Origin: Eledone cirrhosa
Lineage: Eukaryota
DNA: 64,000 nucleotides
Direction: 5' to 3'
NCBI GenBank assembly: GCA_964016885.1
Contig: OZ024762.1
Location: forward strand, 8,928,001-8,992,000
Part shown: positions 54,640-64,000 of the stretch, piece by piece
Layout: each line of letters starts with the position of its first letter
Position numbering within the stretch: the first letter of the stretch is position 1
The notes under the pieces: generated by a model
Databases searched by the model: none
Seen by the model: the letters and a program-made list of their open reading frames with translations, nothing else
Told to the model about the DNA's origin: nothing
Made by a program: the position numbers and the translations under genes

Positions 54640-57600
54640 CCCCACTTCCCACTTATTAAATTTTCAGATCTTTACCAACCACCCCGCTTATTAAATTTTA
54701 AGATCTTTTCCAACCACCCCGCTTATTAAATTTTCAGGTCTTTTCCAACCACTCCGCTTATTAAATTTTAAGATCTTTTCCAACCACTCCGCTTATTAAA
54801 TTTTAAGATCTTTTCCAACCACTCCGCTTATTAAATTTTAAGATCTTTTCCAACCACTCCGCTTATTAAATTTTAAGATCTTTTCCAACCACTCCGCTTA
54901 TTAAATTTTCAGGTCTTTTCCAACCACTCCGCTTATTAAATTTTAAGATCTTTTCCAACCACTCCGCTTATTAAATTTTAAGATCTTTTCCAACCACTCC
55001 GCTTATTAAATTTTAAGATCTTTTCCAACCACTCCGCTTATTAAATTTTAAGATCTTTTCCAACCACTCCGCTTATTAAATTTTAAGATCTTTTCCAACC
55101 ACTCCGCTTATTAAATTTTCAGGTCTTTTCCAACCACTCCGCTTATTAAATTTTAAGATCTTTTCCAACCACTCCGCTTATTAAATTTTAAGATCTTTTC
55201 CAACCACCCCGCTTATTAAACTTTAAGATCTTTTCCAACCACCCCACTTATTAAATTTTAAGATCTTTTCCAACCACTCCGCTTATTAAACTTTAAGATC
55301 TTTTCCAACCACCCCACTTATTAAATTTTAAGATCTTTTCCAACCACTCCGCTTATTAAACTTTAAGATCTTTTCCAACCACTCCGCTTATTAAACTTTA
55401 AGATCTTTTCCAACCACTCCGCTTATTAAACTTTAAGATCTTTTCCAACCACCCCACTTATTAAATTTTAAGATCTTTTCCAACCACCCCGCTTATTAAA
55501 CTTTAAGATCTTTTCCAACCACCCCACTTATTAAATTTTAAGATCTTTTCCAACCACTCCGCTTATCAAATTTTCAGATCTTTTCCAACCACTCCGCTTA
55601 TTAAATTTTAAGATCTTTTCCAACCACTCCGCTTATTAAACTTTAAGATCTTTTCCAACCACTCCGCTTATTAAACTTTAAGATCTTTTCCAACCACTCC
55701 GCTTATTAAATTTTCAGATCTTTTCCAACCACTCCGCTTATTAAACTTTAAGATCTTTTCCAACCACTCCGCTTATTAAACTTTAAGATCTTTTCCAACC
55801 ACTCCGCTTATTAAATTTTAAGATCTTTTCCAACCACTCCGCTTATTAAACTTTAAGATCTTTTCCAACCACTCCGCTTATTAAATTTTCAGATCTTTTC
55901 CAACCACTCCGCTTATTAAACTTTAAGATCTTTTCCAACCACCCCACTTATTAAATTTTAAGATCTTTTCCAACCACTCCGCTTATTAAATTTTAAGATC
56001 TTTTCCAACCACTCCGCTTATTAAACTTTAAGATCTTTTCCAACCACTCCGCTTATTAAACTTTAAGATCTTTTCCAACCACTCCGCTTATTAAACTTTA
56101 AGATCTTTTCCAACCACTCCGCTTATTAAACTTTAAGATCTTTTCCAACCACTCCGCTTATTAAACTTTAAGATCTTTTCCAACCACTCCGCTTATTAAA
56201 CTTTAAGATCTTTTCCAACCACTCCGCTTATTAAATTTTAAGATCTTTTCCAACCACCCCGCTTATTAAATTTTCAGATCTTTTCCAACCACTCCGCTTA
56301 TTAAACTTTAAGATCTTTTCCAACCACTCCGCTTATTAAATTTTCAGATCTTTTCCAACCACTCCGCTTATTAAACTTTAAGATCTTTTCCAACCACTCC
56401 GCTTATTAAATTTTCAGATCTTTTCCAACCACTCCGCTTATTAAATTTTCAGATCTTTACCAACCACCCCGCTTATTAAATTTTAAGATCTTTTCCAACC
56501 ACCCCGCTTATTAAATTTTCAGGTCTTTTCCAACCACTCCGCTTATTAAATTTTAAGATCTTTTCCAACCACTCCGCTTATTAAATTTTAAGATCTTTTC
56601 CAACCACTCCGCTTATTAAATTTTAAGATCTTTTCCAACCACTCCGCTTATTAAATTTTAAGATCTTTTCCAACCACTCCGCTTATTAAATTTTCAGGTC
56701 TTTTCCAACCACTCCGCTTATTAAATTTTAAGATCTTTTCCAACCACTCCGCTTATTAAATTTTAAGATCTTTTCCAACCACTCCGCTTATTAAATTTTA
56801 AGATCTTTTCCAACCACTCCGCTTATTAAATTTTAAGATCTTTTCCAACCACTCCGCTTATTAAATTTTAAGATCTTTTCCAACCACTCCGCTTATTAAA
56901 TTTTCAGGTCTTTTCCAACCACTCCGCTTATTAAATTTTAAGATCTTTTCCAACCACTCCGCTTATTAAATTTTAAGATCTTTTCCAACCACCCCGCTTA
57001 TTAAACTTTAAGATCTTTTCCAACCACCCCACTTATTAAATTTTAAGATCTTTTCCAACCACTCCGCTTATTAAACTTTAAGATCTTTTCCAACCACCCC
57101 ACTTATTAAATTTTAAGATCTTTTCCAACCACTCCGCTTATTAAACTTTAAGATCTTTTCCAACCACTCCGCTTATTAAACTTTAAGATCTTTTCCAACC
57201 ACTCCGCTTATTAAACTTTAAGATCTTTTCCAACCACCCCACTTATTAAATTTTAAGATCTTTTCCAACCACCCCGCTTATTAAACTTTAAGATCTTTTC
57301 CAACCACCCCACTTATTAAATTTTAAGATCTTTTCCAACCACTCCGCTTATCAAATTTTCAGATCTTTTCCAACCACTCCGCTTATTAAATTTTAAGATC
57401 TTTTCCAACCACTCCGCTTATTAAACTTTAAGATCTTTTCCAACCACTCCGCTTATTAAACTTTAAGATCTTTTCCAACCACTCCGCTTATTAAATTTTC
57501 AGATCTTTTCCAACCACTCCGCTTATTAAACTTTAAGATCTTTTCCAACCACTCCGCTTATTAAACTTTAAGATCTTTTCCAACCACTCCGCTTATTAAA

Positions 57601-60325
57601 TTTTAAGATCTTTTCCAACCACTCCGCTTATTAAACTTTAAGATCTTTTCCAACCACTCCGCTTATTAAATTTTCAGATCTTTTCCAACCACTCCGCTTA
57701 TTAAACTTTAAGATCTTTTCCAACCACCCCACTTATTAAATTTTAAGATCTTTTCCAACCACTCCGCTTATTAAATTTTAAGATCTTTTCCAACCACTCC
57801 GCTTATTAAACTTTAAGATCTTTTCCAACCACTCCGCTTATTAAACTTTAAGATCTTTTCCAACCACTCCGCTTATTAAACTTTAAGATCTTTTCCAACC
57901 ACTCCGCTTATTAAACTTTAAGATCTTTTCCAACCACTCCGCTTATTAAACTTTAAGATCTTTTCCAACCACTCCGCTTATTAAACTTTAAGATCTTTTC
58001 CAACCACTCCGCTTATTAAATTTTAAGATCTTTTCCAACCACCCCGCTTATTAAATTTTCAGATCTTTTCCAACCACTCCGCTTATTAAACTTTAAGATC
58101 TTTTCCAACCACTCCGCTTATTAAATTTTCAGATCTTTTCCAACCACTCCGCTTATTAAACTTTAAGATCTTTTCCAACCACTCCGCTTATTAAATTTTC
58201 AGATCTTTTCCAACCACTCCGCTTATTAAACTTTAAGATCTTTTCCAACCACTCCGCTTATTAAACTTTAAGATCTTTTCCAACCACTCCGCTTATTAAA
58301 CTTTAAGATCTTTTCCAACCACTCCGCTTATTAAATTTTCAGATCTTTTCCAACCACTCCGCTTATTAAACTTTAAGATCTTTTCCAACCACTCCGCTTA
58401 TTAAACTTTAAGATCTTTTCCAACCACTCCGCTTATTAAATTTTCAGATCTTTTCCAACCACTCCGCTTATTAAACTTTAAGATCTTTTCCAACCACCCC
58501 GCTTATTAAACTTTAAGATCTTTTCCAACCACTCCGCTTATTAAATTTTCAGATCTTTTCCAACCACTCCGCTTATTAAATTTTCAGATCTTTTCCAACC
58601 ACTCCGCTTATTAAATTTTCAGATCTTTTCCAACCACTCCGCTTATTAAACTTTAAGATCTTTTCCAACCACTCCGCTTATTAAACTTTAAGATCTTTTC
58701 CAACCACCCCGCTTATTAAATTTTCAGATCTTTTCCAACCACTCCGCTTATTAAATTTTCAGATCTTTTCCAACCACTCCGCTTATTAAATTTTCAGATC
58801 TTTTCCAACCACTCCGCTTATTAAATTTTCAGATCTTTTCCAACCACTCCGCTTATTAAACTTTAAGATCTTTTCCAACCACCCCGCTTATTAAACTTTA
58901 AGATCTTTTCCAACCACTCCGCTTATTAAACTTTAAGATCTTTTCCAACCACCCCGCTTATTAAACTTTAAGATCTTTTCCAACCACCCCGCTTATTAAA
59001 TTTTCAGATCTTTTCCAACCACTCCGCTTATTAAATTTTCAGATCTTTTCCAACCACTCCGCTTATTAAATTTTCAGATCTTTTCCAACCACTCCGCTTA
59101 TTAAATTTTCAGATCTTTTCCAACCACTCCGCTTATTAAACTTTAAGATCTTTTCCAACCACCCCGCTTATTAAACTTTAAGATCTTTTCCAACCACTCC
59201 GCTTATTAAATTTTCAGATCTTTTCCAACCACTCCGCTTATTAAATTTTCAGATCTTTTCCAACCACTCCGCTTATTAAACTTTAAGATCTTTTCCAACC
59301 ACCCCGCTTATTAAACTTTAAGATCTTTTCCAACCACTCCGCTTATTAAACTTTAAGATCTTTTCCAACCACTCCGCTTATTAAATTTTCAGATCTTTTC
59401 CAACCACTCCGCTTATTAAACTTTAAGATCTTTTCCAACCACTCCGCTTATTAAACTTTAAGATCTTTTCCAACCACTCCGCTTATTAAATTTTCAGATC
59501 TTTTCCAACCACTCCGCTTATTAAACTTTAAGATCTTTTCCAACCACCCCGCTTATTAAACTTTAAGATCTTTTCCAACCACTCCGCTTATTAAACTTTA
59601 AGATCTTTTCCAACCACTCCGCTTATTAAATTTTCAGATCTTTTCCAACCACTCCGCTTATTAAACTTTAAGATCTTTTCCAACCACTCCGCTTATTAAA
59701 CTTTAAGATCTTTTCCAACCACTCCGCTTATTAAATTTTCAGGTCTTTTCCAACCACTCCGCTTATTAAATTTTCAGATCTTTTCCAACCACCCCACTTA
59801 TTAAATTTTCAGATCTTTTCCAACCACCCCACTTATTAAATTTTCAGATCTTTTCCAACCACCCCACTTATTAAATTTTCAGATCTTTTCCAACCACCCC
59901 ACTTATTAAATTTTAAGATCTTTTCCAACCACCCCGCTTATTAAATTTTCAGATCTTTTCCAACCACCCCACTTATTAAATTTTCAGATCTTTTCCAACC
60001 ACCCCACTTATTAAATTTTCAGATCTTTTCCAACCACCCCACTTATTAAATTTTAAGATCTTTTCCAACCACCCCACTTATTAAATTTTCAGATCTTTTC
60101 CAACCACCCCACTTATTAAATTTTCAGATCTTTTCCAACCACCCCACTTATTAAATTTTAAGATCTTTTCCAACCACCCCACTTATTAAATTTTCAGATC
60201 TTTCCCAACCACCCCACTTATTAAATTTTCAGATCTTTTCCAACCACCCCACTTATTAAATTTTAAGATCTTTTCCAACCACCCCGCTTATTAAACTTTC
60301 AGATTCTCCACTCCTTGCTTATTAA
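54640..60325. repeat. 35-bp satellite array (~160 copies)
   Basis: Unit caaccactccgcttattaaattttaagatcttttc. Confidence 0.97.
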
Positions 60326-60769
60326 ATTTTGTTAATCTATCTCCGGTGAAATATTATTGTGACTCATATTGATACAGGAACTGGAGAATCTAACAAATTT
60401 TATTTTATATGAAAAGAAAAAAAAAACAAACAATATGTATGACAAAAAAAGAACATTACAAGAAATCCCATAATTACGAACGTACCCTATACAATTACCG
60501 ATATCCCAACTCTCGCTTATACGAATTTAAACAAATGTCCACGTCCCCGTTTATTCCAACCGGCCGCATTATTTGGGACCCGAGATACGTGTAAAAAGCA
60601 AACTTGGTATCTTTATTTTGGTATTCGTGTCTACTCCAGCCCTTAACTATGGCCGTGAATCTCGGGTAATAACTGAAAGAATACGATCGCAAATATAACC
60701 AACGGATTTTCCCCGAGGAGTCTTTAGGTTTAGAGTAACGTTACTGGATATGGTACATAGCTTGGGGAG

Positions 60770-60960
60770 GAGGGAGTCGCTCCAGAGAGAGACGCTTCTT
60801 CTCCGAATCGTGGGATCACAGCTCCCGTTTTACAGACATGTGGTTAGAATGCTTAAGAAATGAATAACTAGATATATTATACGGATTAGGGTTAGGAGAC
60901 CCAGAGGTAGACCACCAGCTAGATGGTTGGATAACGTCCAAGAGCTTTATTGGTCTAATG
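60770..60960 (+). mobile_element. Degenerate RTE-like LINE 3' fragment
   Basis: cttctccgaatc..gatcacagctcc..gacatgtggttagaatg and ggagacccagaggtagacca (RPRGRP). Confidence 0.6.
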
Positions 60961-61703
60961 GTCTCACTTAGGGACTTAGAAAATCGGGTAAAATACCTCT
61001 TTTTCCGGCTCAGGGAGTATTTTACCCGATTCTCTAAAGCTATTATATTTGGTCGTCAAGTTTGAAATTTGTAGCGAGGCATATCGTCAAGTTTGAAATT
61101 TGTAGCGAGGCATATCGTCAACTATGACATTTCTACAAATGTCATACTTGACGTTCCACTATATATATATATATCATCATCATCATCATCATTCGTCGAC
61201 TACTGTCGAGATGATGGATCTCACTCTCATGCCCCAGAATTCCCTGTCCCCCCATCGCCGCCCCCAGGTCCTGTCTACTGATTCCCGTATCCCTAGAGAT
61301 AACGTCAGGGAATGACAGCTTCCTACTCCTAGTCAGGCTGGAGTCAGGGTTCCAGGGCAAGAGAGCGGATATATATAGCAATCAACAATTATTACAGTTT
61401 TTACAAAGGACGGTGTGCTGATGCGCGAAGATGCTATAAGATAGCTTAAAAAAATAAAGTAAAGACCCTTAAAGACGGAAAAAAGTAGTTGGCATCGGCT
61501 GCTGTGAAGAATCGAACTCCCCACCTCCCTGGTACCGGCTTGGTCCTTGAAACCGTTATTCTTGTTATTTTCTGCATTTGCGATTCTGGTCTTGTAAAAT
61601 ATATATACATACACTCACTCATACACATTCACACACCCAAATACACTCTCATAATCACACACAATCATATGCATACATATATATATGTGTGTATATATAT
61701 ATA

Positions 61704-61820
<117 letters not shown>

Positions 61821-61865
61821 ATATATATAAACACACACACATATATATATATTTATTTATGTATG

Positions 61866-61897
<32 letters not shown>

Positions 61898-61929
61898 TAT
61901 ATATATATTTATATATATATATATTTATA

Positions 61930-62036
<107 letters not shown>

Positions 62037-62044
62037 TTATATAT

Positions 62045-62076
<32 letters not shown>

Positions 62077-62077
62077 T

Positions 62078-62133
<56 letters not shown>

Positions 62134-62455
62134 CATATATATATATACTCACACATATATATATATATACACACACATATATATATATACACACACACAC
62201 GCATATATATATATATATACACACATAAATACATATACATATAAAACCGTAACAACTTATCTCTCTAGCAGCCGACCGCTAGAGAGTTAGGTTGTTTCGG
62301 GTTCTTTAAGGTCGATACCACTGGCTCTAGTGCACAAGAGACAGTAACAATTGAACGCTGTCGTCTGATGAGATGAGACTACTTTCTATATTCTTCATTT
62401 TCCCGCCTTCTCCCATATTTTATTCATTCCTATGTTTTATATATAAATTAGAAAC

Positions 62456-62508
<53 letters not shown>

Positions 62509-62553
62509 TAAACAAATAATGAATAAACAATTCCTTATATTAAACAAAAAAAG

Positions 62554-62708
62554 TTCATTATTTAACGATCGTTTCTAGGGTATATATGTGTTATAATTGG
62601 TATGCATATTCAACAGATCTATGTACAAAATTATACAAAATTATACAAATTATCAAGATTAAATATACATACCTAACACATATATACGCCGTCTTCAGAA
62701 ATAATGAA
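62554..62708 (-). ncRNA. Type I hammerhead-like fold, family A, unfolded copy
   Basis: Minus strand: ttcattattt-CTGAAGA-[~116-nt rod]-GAAA-cgatcg-TT-aaataatgaa, with a 10-bp stem I. Confidence 0.7.
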
Positions 62709-63704
62709 GTATATTTATTGATAATAACAACAATTCAAAATTTCAGTTCAAAATTGACCAATGAAAACACAAAGGGTTAAAAGCAGTTCGGTGTGTGTAT
62801 ATACATGTAAAATCCTTACACATATTTTACAAAAATGTATGTATAACTTGTATACGCATACTAAAAAGATGGATGCAAACACAAAATTTCAAGGTTAATA
62901 TCTCTGTAAGCTTAAAATGCGCTGATAAGATGCGCATTGATACTTATGGAGTCAAGCATATAAATATATTTTTTCATACTCACACATATCAGTACAATCA
63001 CACATACACGCGCGTATATGCATAAATATACACATAACCACGAACATACAAACACACACACACCCCCACTCACATTTATATATGTGGATATAAAATCATA
63101 AGCACATAGATATTAAATCACTCACATAAAACACTGGCACACACATTTCAAGATCAAGATACAGAAATTAGGTGGGAGGGGGGGGAGGGGTCAGTATTCA
63201 ATTGTCTGAGCAGACTGCCTAATATAAATGTATCTATAAATTAAGAAAAATAAAAAAATAAAACAATAAAATATAATAAATATAATATAATATACATACA
63301 CATACAGATATATACACATACATACATGTACGCGCACATAGAAATATTTACGCATACACACATACACACATACATATACAGTCATACACACACATACAGT
63401 TACACGAACATACACATACACATATATAAAGATATATATATATATACACACACACACACACGCAACACATACACACATACACATATATATAAAAAATAAA
63501 TAATAAAGATATATATCCATATATATATACACACACATATATATATACATATATATATATACACACACATATATACATATATACACACACATATATATAC
63601 ATATATATATATACACACACATATACATACACATACATCTAAATATACATACACATACATACACACATACATGTACATACATGTACATACATATACGCAC
63701 ATCG

Positions 63705-63747
<43 letters not shown>

Positions 63748-64000
63748 TAGACATATAGATACATACACACACAACTTACATACACACATATATATATATA
63801 TATAGATGTACATTCATACATAGAATTAGATATATAATCATACATACATATACACCTACTTATACTCATATATATAAATACATAGGCTTACATATATGCG
63901 TATATACATAAAAAACACTACAACCTCACCTAACTCAGACATACAAATAAAAATAATAATAAAAAGGCATATGTATATACATACACACACGCATTAATAG

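Noticed and set aside
54640-60325. 35-bp repeat as a CRISPR array
   Set aside because: Units are contiguous with no unique spacers, there are no cas genes, and the context is eukaryotic.

Overview
Eukaryotic, AT-rich, microsatellite-saturated window. It is most likely from a coleoid cephalopod (octopus-like), inferred from the SINE types and the (TA)n/(CA)n load. The only clear protein-coding feature is the large terminal coding exon of a FoxO gene (8698-10944, +), which carries long polyQ/polyP/polyA/polyH expansions; its upstream exon lies outside the window. Almost all other listed ORFs are translations of microsatellites. The rest is repeats: two tRNA-derived SINE families, 3' fragments of RTE-, CRE- and R4/Dong-like LINEs, piggyBac/hAT/Tc1-type MITEs, several minisatellites grown from TE pieces, and a 5.7-kb 35-bp satellite that sits inside an apparent MITE and has a 1785-bp higher-order duplication. 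The most striking signal is about eight sequence-unrelated families of short elements embedded in (TA)n tracts. Each carries a type I hammerhead-ribozyme (HHR) fold or part of one, as expected for Penelope-like pseudo-LTRs or retrozyme-like RNAs. Several have unusually long stem II rods (60-115 nt) or variant cores (U4C, C3U, possible U3-A8). Most share a YGAGTRC-like motif near the 3' end, and most copies are fold-back palindromes whose inversion points often coincide with ribozyme helices. All folds were paired by eye; no activity is demonstrated.
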